Below are positions 14,736 to 28,700 of a stretch of DNA of 64,000 bases, piece by piece. Source of the stretch: the human T2T-CHM13v2.0 reference genome, Homo sapiens; NCBI GenBank assembly GCA_009914755.4, contig CP068257.2, positions 25,728,001 to 25,792,000 on the forward strand. Direction: 5' to 3'. The translations under genes were made by a program, and so were the position numbers. Each line of letters starts with the position of its first letter. The first letter of the stretch is position 1. The notes beneath the pieces were generated by a model, which had not been told where the DNA came from, did not search any database, and saw nothing but the letters and a program-made list of their open reading frames with translations.

Positions 14736-15764
14736 TAAAAGGTAAATTAATGATAATTATGGGTTTGACTATTTGAGGACTATTGAGGAAGAATGTCAGA
14801 GAGCCCTATGCTCTTATCACTTAATAGAAGAATTTTAAAACTTAGATGCTATAATAGATAGTTTAAAAATATCTAACAACTTTTAAAAACACAGACTATA
14901 ATGTTTTAATTAAATTTATATACTCAAAATTCTATTCCTCAGAATCTATATTATAGGAGTAAAGTAATTGTATGAAAAGATAAATGTTGGAAGATATTTA
15001 TTTTAGCATTGTTCATTGCGGCAAAACAATAAATAAAATGATTGCTCACTCATTTATAACAGGAATATTGAATAAATTTCAGCGCATTCTGAGCATGAAG
15101 CCATTTCAAAAGCATACATTAACACGATAGCAGTTGAATTATAGGCATTTCCATAATATATTATTGGCTGATAAATACAAGTTTCAGAAAAGTATAAAAA
15201 CATAATCTTGATTTGGTTTAATCATAAAAAATATGTTTTGTATTTTTTGTTGTTTTCTTACTAAAAATCTATTTGGAAATGTTAATAAAAATAGTATTAT
15301 GCTTGTGAGGGCATTTACATAGTCTAAAATGTATTATTTCCCTTGTCAAAACACATTTCTCAGTTTGATTTCATGGTTTGGGTTGGATAGTAATCAGTAA
15401 TTTCATGATGATCATTTTTAGCGTGATGATGTGAGATTCTAATACAGAGATAAGCCAATTTTCTTTGCTTGAAGTCCACTTTGTCCAAGATACATCGCTA
15501 ATCCAGCTTTATTTTGACTATTATTTGCATGAACATGATATACCTTTCTCCATCTGACAATCTGCCTTTCATTTGATATGTTTAACCGTTTATATTTAAT
15601 ATAATTATTAAAATGTTTGGATTTAAAACTGCCATTTTAATATTTATTTTATAATTGTTCCCTCTGTTATTTATTCCAGTTTTTCCCCTACTGTGTCCTC
15701 TTTTGTATCATTTAAACTTTACTTTTCATTCAGTTTTAATTTATTAATTGTGTATTCATTTATT

Positions 15765-16044
15765 TATTGTATATTTATTTATTTATTTTGAGGCAGAGTC
15801 TTGCTCTGTGGCCTTGGCTCACTGCAAGCTCCGCCTCCTGGGTTCACGCCATTCTCCTGCCTCAGCCTCCCTAGTAGCTGAGACTACAGGCACCGGCCAC
15901 CACGCCTGGCTAATTTTTTTGATTTTTTTAGTAGAGACGGGGTTTCACCTTGTTACCAGGATGGTCTCGATCTCCTGACCTTGTGATCCACCCGCCTTGG
16001 CCTCCCAAATTGCTGGGATTACAGGCGTGAGCCACCGGTCCGGC
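15765..16044 (-). mobile_element. Alu SINE (internal deletion near 3' arm), first of a tandem pair
   Basis: It has a (TTTA)n tail, then gaggcagagtcttgctctgtggccttggctcactgcaagctccgcctcctgggttcacgccattctcctgcctcagcctccctagtagctgagactacaggcaccggccaccacgcctggctaatttt ... ggcgtgagccaccggtccggc. Confidence 0.9.
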
Positions 16045-16337
<293 letters not shown>

Positions 16338-16534
16338 TTAATTGTGTTTTTAATAATGTACTTTGTCTTTTTGTGGTTATTTTTAACATTTGTTTGAGGA
16401 ATTACAGTATATTACAGACAGCAAATTTATGTAGGTGTGCAGCAACCTCAATTCTTGCCTCCTCGGAAGAAAGAATTTGACTGAGGGACGTAAGGCAGAA
16501 AGAGAGCCCTACCCAAGTTTTAGAGCAGGAGTCA

Positions 16535-16729
<195 letters not shown>

Positions 16730-17539
16730 TCACATGCACAGTTTGACATTTTGACTTGGGGTTTTATATTTTGGCATGCTTCTGGGGTCTTGCCTTATTT
16801 CTCCCGATTCTTCCCTTGGGGTAAGCTGTCCGCATGTGCAGTGGCCTGCTAGCCCTTGGGAGGGGAGCATAGGAAGTGTGTTTACTGGAGTTGTGTACGT
16901 GCTCACTTGAGGCATTCCTCCCTGACCAGTCACATGTCCCTAGAAGGTCATATACCAGTTGAACTCTGCCATTTTGCCTCTTAATGTGCATGCTTGAGCC
17001 TACTCACCTGACTTCTGACATTGTATTGGGAAGCTGCTAATCACGTTTCAGGTTTTTTCTATCTATTGGGAGACGGCCGTTCCCTGGCGCCAGCTGCAGC
17101 CAATTATTATTTGAGAGAACCAGTGTAAATACCACCTGCCCATCATCTAATGGTTCCCTGACATTCCTGGTGGGGACACAGGGGTGCTTCTCTTGCCCTG
17201 CTCATGTCTAACTCCTACTATAACAAATATACATTATACTTATATTTGTAATGCCCAACTAAAATCAGTATTTCACCACTGCATGTGGAATTCAGAAAGC
17301 TTACCAGCCTTTGGGTCTCTATCCTCCTTTATTTTGAGTTGTCTTACGTATTACAACTACGTAGAACTAAAATACTATCAACAATGTTATAATTTTCTTT
17401 CCACTCTCAAACATGTTTTAAACACTCCAGAGGAAAATGATAGTCTATAACATTTACTCAATAGTACCATTTATGTTGCTCTACTTTCATTACTAACGTT
17501 TCAAATTTCCCTCTGGTATTCTGTCTAAAGGTCTTTGAA

Positions 17540-17841
<302 letters not shown>

Positions 17842-17989
17842 TCCTTTAATGATTCTCTTTGTAAAGATCTGCTAGCAATTAATTTTCTTAATTTCATTAT
17901 TTAACTTTCATTTTTTAAAGATAGTTTCACTACATAGATAAAGTCTGGGTTGATAATCTTTCTTTTTAGAACTTAAAAATATTGCTCCC

Positions 17990-18145
17990 CCCCAGAAAGT
18001 AGGTAACTATGTAAAGTGATAGATACGTTAATTAAGTTGATTGTGGTCATCATTTCACAATGTGTATGGACATCAAAACATTATATATATCTTAAATGTA
18101 AACAATTTTTATTGTCAATTATAGCTCAATAAAGCTGGGAAAATA
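17990..18145 (+). mobile_element. L1 LINE extreme 3' end (L1MB-like)
   Basis: gatacgttaattaagttgattgtggtcatcatttcacaatgtgtatggacatcaaaacattatatatatcttaaatgtaaacaatttttattgtcaattatagctcaataaagctgggaaaat matches the old-L1 tail ..ttaattaaccttattgtggtaatcatttcacaatgtata..caattttatttgtcaattatacctcaataaagctgg. Confidence 0.6.
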
Positions 18146-18780
18146 TTGTTCCATTTCCTTCTGGTCTTGACATTTTCTAATGAGTAATCTGATACCATTC
18201 AAATATCTATTGTTTAGGACACAAATCAAAATTACTCAGAATTTGAAGAGCCAGGAAAATATCAACTTGAGTGGGAAAAGGCAATCAACATATGCCCTTT
18301 ATTGTGCAAAACTCGGGTAACAGGTAAACAAGATTAACAGGGACCGCTAGGATCAAGAAATGGAAGATGCCTCCCTACATACATCTGAGATGAATCCACA
18401 AAGATATCAATGTGAGTATGGGATGGCTTCCCATATAGTGATCAAGTAGATTGTCATATTTAAAAAAATTAAATAATTATTTTATGTTTGAAAAGGAAAG
18501 TTTATCAATTAAATTTATAAGTTTCCAATCTGTTAGACCTATGCTTTGATCACCTTTCATCAGAACTTGCCATCTACCATCTACCCAACTTAGGGTTGCT
18601 AATTAGCTAGGATAATTATCACACTCATGTCCTTATATGCAAACCTTTATTTTTCTTGGTCACTGAAGAAGAGTCTCAGTTTAGATATAGGTTTTCTGTG
18701 TAAGAAAATCTGTTTTACAGAAATGTAAATACATTTTCTCTCTTACTCTAATGCTTAAACCAAAATATGAGCATAATAAT

Positions 18781-18870
18781 ACTATAGTTATATAGTATTA
18801 TTAGTATATATAGTATATAGTATATATAGTTATATAGTATTATTATATAGTATTATAGTTATATAGTATT
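18781..18870. repeat. Short tandem repeat (TATAG / TATATAG units)
   Basis: The array reads actatagttatatagtattattagtatatatagtatatagtatatatagttatatagtattattatatagtattatagttatatagtatt. Confidence 0.85.
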
Positions 18871-20298
18871 TATTAACAAATAAAAATTTAATTGTAAAAC
18901 TGAGTACATTAATTTTGCTTCTTTAGTAATACACAGAAGGGGTCCTTAGTGAATAAGTTGTATTCCCAAGATAGCACAGCAAATTAATAATAGAGTCAAG
19001 TGGGAACCCTGGTTTTCTTTTTCAAGTATTAGTACAATACAGTGTTTAGAGGGTTCCAGAAGAGGAATATTCCTTCAGCATATTAGACACCCCTTAAGAT
19101 CAAATTGATACCAAATTGATTTTCAGAAATGTTCTACTTGCTGCATTGTGTTAAAAATAATCTTCAAAAGTAACAGTGGAAGATGTACGTATTTTGGGCC
19201 CACAGACTTCTGAGTTCAAATCAATCTTCTGTCCATTAGTAGCTAACAAGTACTTTATTTGAACTTGAAAATAGTGTAAGTTAAACTTATTCTTAATGAA
19301 GAATTTAGCTTGGAAGCTATCGCTATGTCTGACACATTTTCAGTAACCATTTATTTTCTGCCTTCTTTGGCTGAAATGTCATTTAATAAGATGCCTTTAT
19401 AATTTTAATAATCGTGTAGTCTAATTCACCAATTATATAATACAATTGTTTAAAAACCTATTTAAGAACAATTAATCTAAATAATTCCTATTTTATTATA
19501 TTTTAAATAAAATTTATATTCTGTTTAAAAATTTGCATATAGCTACCAATGATAATTACATTTAACATTTTTTGGCTATTGTATCCTAAAATTTTATAAG
19601 TTGATATCTCAAACACCAAGACTGATGACACAAAATAACTGTAATTTCCAGTTATTATCTCTAAAGGCGTGTCTACATTAGGCAGGATGTGGAAATGTTT
19701 GCTTAAAGGTGAGGAGCAGGTCTTAAAACAATAAAGCTGCAAGAGGAAAAGCTAAAATCCCTGACACAGCTCTTGAGAATGGGATGGTCAGGTCTGAAAG
19801 TGGGATCGGAAGCACCAGGTGAATTCACTGGCTTACTCAGTGTGTGAGAAAATGTGCCTCACCAGATTCTCTTGCTGATTCACATTTTCTGTATTAACAA
19901 TATTTTTTTTTCTGATTATGTGAACTACACAAATAGAAATCTGGTAGCTCAGATGTGTGAAATGAGTGACTGCTCATCATATTTGCTGTGATGGTTGAAA
20001 TTTATTTTTTCATTAGTCTGCTCATTATTACCAAAGAGAAAAGTGCATGCTTTGCTACACACAGCCACCGTCCATCTTGAGCTTATGCAGGGGAGGGCTC
20101 AGAGAGGAAGAAAGGGAGAAGAAAAACCTGAAAACAGGCTACACAGGGTCTGGGAAGAATGAGGGGGTTCAGGTTAAGCCAAGGAAGCCTGACTCTGTTC
20201 CAGGATGTGGCTACAACTACAAAACATAAACTTGCTTGTCTGCATGATTTTTTAGTCCCATCCACCTTCTCATACATTCTAAGAGCAGGAAGGTGTAG

Positions 20299-20632
<334 letters not shown>

Positions 20633-22089
20633 ATACTCTGTCATTTTTAATAGAGAATTAGGGCCTGATATTCCCTGAAGTTCCTATGAAAGTAAGTTAC
20701 TTGCTTTGGTTTTGTTTCTTTCCATAGGATGTCAGGGACAATGAGAGGACAAGCCCTGTTCTGGGTCAACCTATCATGTAGGACAGGATACTTTTCTCCC
20801 ACCTTCTTTGTTACAGGCACCCTGTGTCAGTCTCCACATCTAGCTCTATGTGCCCTCTCAGTCTCTGCTATGGCTCCTTGCTCTGGGAGAGACCACATAC
20901 CTCAAACTCAACATCATCTCTTACTTCCATCCACTCCACCACCTATCTATTGCATGTCAATAGACACATGGGGGAGGAGCATATTTCAGCTCAACTTACA
21001 AGCATTCAATTTCTCAGACACAGTGCTTATTCTGAGGGATGGATACCACTCTCGACACATGCTCTTCCCAGTACATGGTAGTTTTATATAAAAGTATAGA
21101 AGGGGCATACTTAAGAGAAAAATCAAACCAAACAAAAGAGACTTAAAAGACTTGAAAATAGCACAAGTCTTTTAAAGCCTCATTGAAGCAAATAACTACC
21201 ACTGAAATTTTAAAAGTCCCTGGGAAAAAAAGTCTAACCATGCCCAGGGCCAAGGTCTCTGTGCTCCGTTGGCTCCATCCACTCCTCACTTGTACCCTCA
21301 TGAGCAACCCCTGGACACCCAGCTGTGGCCTGTCTAAAGGGAAATGATCTCAGCAGTGCTGGGTTCTGCCCCTCCCTGCCTCAGCTGGTGATAGTGATCT
21401 TCTTTTTTCTTAGTTCTTCCACTTCTAGAAAACAACAATAAAAAATGGATTTACATTCTGATCAGTGTCTCAAAACTAGGTTCATTCTCCTGCCGCTTCT
21501 GGCTAGCTATATTGTTCCCAAATTAGTCAGCTATTCTCCATTTATACTAACTATGGTTTATGCATGTATAATGAATGCCTGTTAACATTGAATTTTTTTA
21601 TTTTAAAGAAAATAATTTTTAATTGAAATTAGTCTTTATTTTATTATATTACTGGCATATGAGACTTGATATGAAGATTTTTTTTTTTTAACTGGGAGTG
21701 CTTTCTGCTTGGTCAGCAGGAGAAACAAGAAGAATGGGTTTTTAGGGTCACTTAGGAAGACGTATTTTCTATTATCCTCTTTTTATGACAATCAGAGTTG
21801 TTCTGATGTTTCCAGTTTCTATATTTCTTTTTTTTTTTTTCTTCTTTCAGCATTTTGTTACCTGGAGGCCAGGTGATGAGATCTGAAATCATCTTATCTA
21901 AATCCAGCACACAGTTTATACCCACTGTACCTATCAAATTATTCAAAGGTCCCTTCTGATACATTGCAAAAATGGATACAACTTTTCCCTCCTTTTAGCT
22001 TCTTTCCTTGTGTAATGTGACTTTGAAGCTCTTACTATTATATCAAGAAATAAAATCTATTGTCTCTGGATTGGTCTTGTGACTGCTTT

Positions 22090-22460
22090 GGCCAATGGAA
22101 TACAACAACAAAGCTGTTGATATACACATTCCAACTCTAGGCCTCAAGAGCCTTGCCGAATTCCACCTGCTGTCCTGGGATCTCCGCCTTCCCCATAGAA
22201 CCAAGCGTGGGCTAGTCCCCTGGAGGATGAGATCTCACATAGTCCATAATCAAATGGGTCTCCTTCCTAGCCAGTAATACTGCAGACAAACGAGAGTTCC
22301 AGGTGAGACCAGGAGAAGTCCCTCCCTGAACCCAGTCCCTATGGCTGATGCACAAAATCATGAACTAAAAAATAGTGTTGTATTAAGCCAGTAAATTTTT
22401 TATGAGTTTGCTATGCTGTTAGATGTTTGTTTTCAGCCACTGTATTTTGTGGTAGTTATA
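22090..22460 (+). mobile_element. Probable MaLR-type LTR remnant (tentative)
   Basis: The 3' portion reads ..tagtgttgtattaagccagtaaattttttatgagtttgctatgctgttagatgtttgttttcagccactgtattttgtggtag. This resembles the MaLR/MLT1 terminal motif ..ttataagccacccagtctatggtattttgttatagcagc. I cannot align the upstream part from memory. Confidence 0.3.
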
Positions 22461-23589
22461 TATTATAAGGTAACTCATAATAATCCACACAATAAATTCC
22501 ATATATTTTGACATTATAATCAAGGCCTCTCTAGGTTTATATTTGCAGTCTCAATCCTGGTACTTTTCCCTTTGAAATACACTCTCAATTCATATACTTC
22601 ACATGTTTTCTTCATGTGATGCTGTTTTCTGTGACTCTGTATTTCCATATTTTATATGTATTGTGCCTTCTTACCACAATACCCTCACCTATCTGTTCTC
22701 GTGAACTCATACATTTTCTCCAGACCTTGTTCTAATATTATTGATTTCATAAAGATTTTTCCAACTCTTCCAAAAGATGGAAGTCCTTGACTGTCTGTTT
22801 CTACAATAATTCTCATGTGTCTTTCATGTATGGCATTTATCATGACACTGCATTTTCTCCTGTCTCCAGCACCTAGCACAGTAGTAGACATAGCTGCAGT
22901 AGCTTCAACCACTAGTCACAACAATCTGCTGTCTACTCTCCAACCCCACCTCCACGGGAAGAACACACCTCCCCCCTGTAGCCAGTACCACTGTGTCAGT
23001 TTCAACCTAGGTCTTACGAAATGTGGTGCTTCTTCTCACCCTTGTAGGTGCTTCCAATCACCATTATTGAGTTCTTTCAGAAAAGCTCATATCAAATAAA
23101 TCAAAGGGAAAAAGAGCTGCTAGAGCTTATGTGCTAAAGTGTGAGCAAGAAATTAATATCAAGTGTCATTGTTTCACTATATGTAGAAACAACTAACTGA
23201 GGAAATAGCTAAACTGATATTTGAGGGACAAACAAACTTAAGAGTTTGTGTGGTATCTTAAGATATTCTAAGGAGAAAGAAATTGAATCAAAACCTGGGA
23301 CATTTTGGTTGAAAACAAATTAGTTTTCTTAAAACATATTAAATAGTCTTTATGTCCTCAAAGGAACAGCCAACAATAAATATATTTCACTTCTTTAAAT
23401 TTGAACTCATTTTCATCAGTCTTTGTCAGAGATTTGTCTTTGAGCACATCTAGCTTGACTGAAAGTTATGTGTTGTTAAATTAATTTTTACCATAGTTTA
23501 AATGGACGCTAAGTACTCTCAAATGTTAAGGTTATATCTCTGATGGCATACAGCCCATGACAATATGAGAGAATGAAATATATTTTAAA

Positions 23590-23800
23590 AGGCATGACAT
23601 TGCTTCTCCTTTTATGGGATGGAATTGGCATATTAAATGAAAATGCTGCTATCCTACAGCATTTTTTGTTAAACCTTTTTGATGAAAATATTTTTCTTGG
23701 AGAAAGGAGATAGTTATGTTTTAGTGAATTTCAGTATGAGGAAGCAAATTTTAAATGTCCTACTAAAACATCCTTTTATATATTAACCCCAATTTCTAAA
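23590..23800 (+). repeat. Local duplication B, copy 1 (~210 bp)
   Basis: gggatggaattggcatattaaatgaaaatgctgctatcctacagcattttttgttaaacctttttgatgaaaatatttttcttggagaaaggagatagttatgttttagtga ... tccttttatatattaacc recurs at 24690-24900 with ~85% identity. Confidence 0.8.
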
Positions 23801-23899
23801 GTAACATATGTTCAAGGTAAAAACATTTTGAGAATACTGAAATGTATAAGCTATAAGGTGAAATCCCATGATTTGGTACCCTAGAGCAAGTACAATTCA

Positions 23900-24296
<397 letters not shown>

Positions 24297-24689
24297 TCCT
24301 TACTCTTCCATAATATTAGATTAGGGATAGACATGCTAATACGTTTTGTTCTCCCTTATAAGAGTAGTGAGTATACAATTATTACCAAAATAAAGTTCAA
24401 GTATAAAATGATTGTATTAGATTTCTAATGGAAAAAGTACATAGTATGCTTTGATTTTAATTCCAAATAAACTCAAAAAGGGAAGATGATTTGCATTTTT
24501 CTACAGAAAATATGTGTAATACACATAATTCTGTGATGCTGCTTTATGACCTATTAATTTAAAAATGTAAGTGTAAACAGTTGGCTTGTTTCAGAAATAC
24601 AAGTGAGATTTTCCGTTAGCTCTTTCACTTTATGAGTTGTGGTTTAATATGATTACCGCACTGTAAACATCTGAGCTTACACGACAGGG

Positions 24690-24900
24690 ATGGAGTTGGC
24701 ACATTACGTGAAAATGCTGCCATCCTACAGCATTTTTGTTAAACCTTTTTTGATGAAAATATTTTTCTTGGAGAGAGGAGATAGGTATGCTTTAGTGAGC
24801 TGCAGTAATAAGGAAAAAACTTTAAGTATCTTTTTATATATTAACAACTTAGAATGTTCCAAGTGAAATGTACATTTTTTCATTTATGTCTAAGTTTATA
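24690..24900 (+). repeat. Local duplication B, copy 2
   Basis: gggatggagttggcacattacgtgaaaatgctgccatcctacagcatttttgttaaaccttttttgatgaaaatatttttcttggagagaggagataggtatgctttagtga ... tctttttatatattaac corresponds to copy 1 at 23590-23800. Confidence 0.8.
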
Positions 24901-25599
24901 TGACAGCAGAATTTCAGTACTTAGATATATATTTTTTCTGAGCCATTCAAGGAAAATATGAAACTTAATTTTTTTCCTTTGGCAAGTTATCTGGTCCATG
25001 CCAAAGGGTTTCCAACTGCAGAACCATGACTTGTTATTTGTTATGCAAGACTAAATGTGACTTCCTTGCTGCTTCGAAATTTATTCAGTCAAAGTTTCTT
25101 ATGATCTACATGAACCATACAGAGAAGACAACCTACACTCCTTCAGGCAATTCATTCAATTCATCAAGAGAGAGAAATAAGGAGATTTAAATAAAGACTC
25201 TAGTGTAAATAATAACTACTATCATAAATAAGTTAATAGACTTTAAGCAAAAGTTAACATTTTACTTAGAGAGTGAAAGAAAATAGGCCATAAGATGGTC
25301 TGTGGAAGGTAAAAATAAACCAATTTTACTGACAGAACTATGGAATATTGATGTATTCATTGCTCTAAATGTGTCAGTTAATTCTCAGGAAGAAAGAACT
25401 AAGAAAAACTCAGGAAAACTATTTATAGCTCCAGATACCTATGTACTGATGGAAGAAAAATCTGAGTAATAAATCTAGTGAACAGGAACTTGAAAAGTGA
25501 ACACAATAAAAGTATTTTGAAGGTATTAAATTATTATTAGGAGTCAGAATATAGGTGTTACTAACTCATTAAATCTTAAAAGTCTATTAGGTAGGCATA

Positions 25600-25760
25600 C
25601 TATATAGTGGCAGAGTGTTTAACTCTTTTGCACAAAATCACACCGTTGGTAAGAGGCAAAGTTGGGATTCATATCCAGGCCAGCTGGCGTGACTCTCATC
25701 TCAAAATTTTGACTCTCATCTCAAAATTTCACTTTAGTACCTACTTACTTATTCAAGAAG
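25600..25760 (+). mobile_element. MIR-like SINE fragment (tentative), containing a 20-bp tandem duplication
   Basis: gcagagtgtttaactcttttgcacaaaatcacaccgttggtaagaggcaaagttgggattcatatccaggccagctggcgtgactctcatct resembles the MIR core (..ctggagtcagactgcctgggttcgaatcccggctctgcc..). tgactctcatctcaaaattt is directly repeated at 25691-25730. Confidence 0.3.
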
Positions 25761-28700
25761 GTAACTGAGATCTCAAATGAACACTAGAATATCTGGGTAG
25801 TCCTGACCCATGAAACATACCATCTTCACAGATTCATTCCATTCAGTGGGTTCAAACATCCATTCTATCTATTTCATTTTCAGAGGAAAACATATGCCAT
25901 CCATGAAAGGTGTTAGTTAGAGAGAGGAACACACAGGCATGCAGCGATTTGCAAACAGCCTGTAATTTAGAGATTGAATTCTAGGTTTGATATTTATCCA
26001 GGCAGATGATTTTTTTAATTTGAAAAATGCCCATCCTTGCCATCTAAGCCACAAAGTAAGCTTATAATTATGAATGCTTTCAATTTCAGAAGCTGACGAA
26101 GGAACTTAACGAGTAGAATATGAAAATGAAAGCTTATCATGTGTTCAAAAGAAGCAAATCTAATTGAAATGAGGGGAGTTAGAATTATATCTTCAAAATA
26201 TGCATGGGGATACAGCATATGAGCATAGCAGAGAAATTTTTATAAGATAAAATACAAAATTTAGGAGAACTTTATTTTTAGGAGAACTTTAAAAATATAT
26301 ATTTTTTATCATCCACAGCAAACGTCATCGTAATGAAGAGATCCCATCCTTCATGGTCACACTCACAGCAATATTTCATCTACTCCTCTCTCCTTCATCT
26401 GTTGTCTGTCTTTTCCGTGACTTTTCCTTCAACCTTCCTGTTTTTGAATGCATTTTGATGTTATCATATAGCATAATAGCTCTATGTCTCCTTCACTCTA
26501 TATAAAGCTCTTCAGCAACGGGAAATTTGTCATGTTTATCATTATGCTCTTAATACTTAGCACAGTATCTGGAGCTCAACAAACATTTTTAAAGAGATTG
26601 CCTTATTGTAAGTAACAATGGGTATGTTGATCTATAATATGTTTTCTAGTGATGAAATTATTTAATTGCAGCTACCTAGAGTATTAAGAGAACTCATATA
26701 ATTCATTTGTGTGGAAAATATGCAATGATGATAATGATGATATATTTAATTCTCATAGTTTGAACAGTACATCTCCATCTTCTGTGGCAATAGATCATGA
26801 CGAAAGCATAGACTGAGTTTTTCATGGCCCAACAGGATGCAAAAGACAGACAATCAAACAAGCATTGAAGCCAAGCAGGATGGGAAATAAAATAAGAGAA
26901 TCAAAAAGGTCTTATTTGGCATAATCATTACTTCAGTAGAATTTAGGAAGAACTGAGGTGGGATATTATTGGAAATCAAGTATTCTTATGAGGCAATTGT
27001 AATTGATCCTGATTTAAGAGTTCGGATGGCTAAACAAGAAGTGTAACTAAGGAAAAATCAAAGACCAAATCCCAGAAGCAGAGAATGTTAAAGGATAAAA
27101 TTTAAAAAATCTAGAAAAGCCTGCTGACACATGATTTTGAATAATGGAATTCCAGGAGTTAGAGATTGGGACAATTGGCATAGTTATTTTAGATATTTGG
27201 AGGACAATAAAGAAAGATCCAGGGTTCACAACCAAAGGGAATATTTACTAAACAGGTAAGAGACCACTATGAATGTCGCTTTTGTTATAAACAAGTTTTT
27301 TAAATGACGTGATTTTAGCTTTGGAAACATAAACTTGTCAATAGCATTCAGGATGGATTCGAGGAAAAGCAAATACTGAATATGAAGAGGCCAGAGGTGA
27401 TAGTTCTTGAAAATAATTAAAAGAACCTGAACTTTGGTATGCCTGAATTTTGGCACAGAGAATTACAAAGAAGAGAGAGATAATTAAGAATATTTGGGGA
27501 GTAACCAAAAGTACATTTTATAAGGCCATAAAAGCATTTACCCCAGATGATGCTATAATTAGAGATAGCATACAATGAACCTATGTTGTACTTAACAAGG
27601 TGTGATAATTAGAAAAGAGAGAGGCAAAATTAACCATACTCTCAAGGAAAAGCTTTATAAAACAATGAATATTTAGCTGTCTTGAAGGAAACACAAAACA
27701 TAGATAGGTAAAGAGAATATGTGGAAGAATTTCCACATAAGGAGTCAAAGCATGGGCCAGTGTTCTAGAATCAATAGTTACTCATTCTGATTTTAAGCTG
27801 GCATGGTAGGATCCAGACTGATTGAAACTACATTAATACAGAGTAGTTGTAGGGGGAAAAAGTTGGGATAGATAAATGTTTCAGACATTATTAATCTGGA
27901 AACTACATAGATATACTTAAATGTAAAATGAACAGCATAAGGGAGGTTTGTAAGCTCTGAAACAAACAAGCAAATTAAAAAAAGACATTAGAAATCATTC
28001 TTATAAGAGTATCAGTGAAGAATTGGACTTAGGTTTCATGGCAGATTAAGGTTCCATTAGGAGGCAATTAGAAGACAATGGTATTGATTCGCTAAAGATG
28101 AAAAGACAAATGCAAGAAAAATACTGTCTTGGTGTCTTTTGACAGAGATAGGAGCAGGATTACCCGAAGATAGCCAAGTTAGCTGGGGGTGGTAAGCAAG
28201 CATGCAAGCAGATAAAGCACTTTGGAAGAGCAACTAGGTGAGTGCGCACATATTCCATTTGTGATGGTGAAAGAATATCCTATTTGTGTAAAGATCTTTT
28301 AAGCAGATAGAAATGAAAACTGAAACCTTAGTAAGTATTTGAGGCTAGAGAGTTAGGTTAGATAAGATAGTCCAACTTACTTGAGTGGGTGATTTTCATA
28401 AAAAGGAGGGAGTGGACAAAGACTAAAAGATCAAGAATGGATACTTGGAAGGCCATTACTACTATAGGTCAGGAAGAAGAAAAACCAACCAAGAAATTAA
28501 GTGATGATGATAATGATGATGATGTCATAATAGTAATATATGCCAGTTTTTGAGCAATTATTCTGAGCCAGTGACTACGATAAGATCTTTACATTAAATG
28601 CTCATAACACCATCTTTAAATAAAGAAGTAGAATTGATAGAATTCAGTAAAATGCCAAGGCAATGTCTCAGTTATCAAGAGAGGGCAGATTTTTAGGATG

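Noticed and set aside
18781-18870. Considered the tandem TATAG repeat and the 47.2-47.8 kb minisatellite as possible CRISPR-like repeat-spacer arrays
   Set aside because: The units are contiguous and degenerate with no unique spacers, and the context is eukaryotic. They are ordinary micro- and minisatellites.
20729-21091. 120-aa ORF (MSGTMRGQALFWVNLSCRTGYF...) outside obvious repeats
   Set aside because: It has no recognisable similarity to any protein family I know. It has no splice or Kozak context, and the region looks like decayed LTR or unique noncoding DNA. It is most likely a chance ORF.
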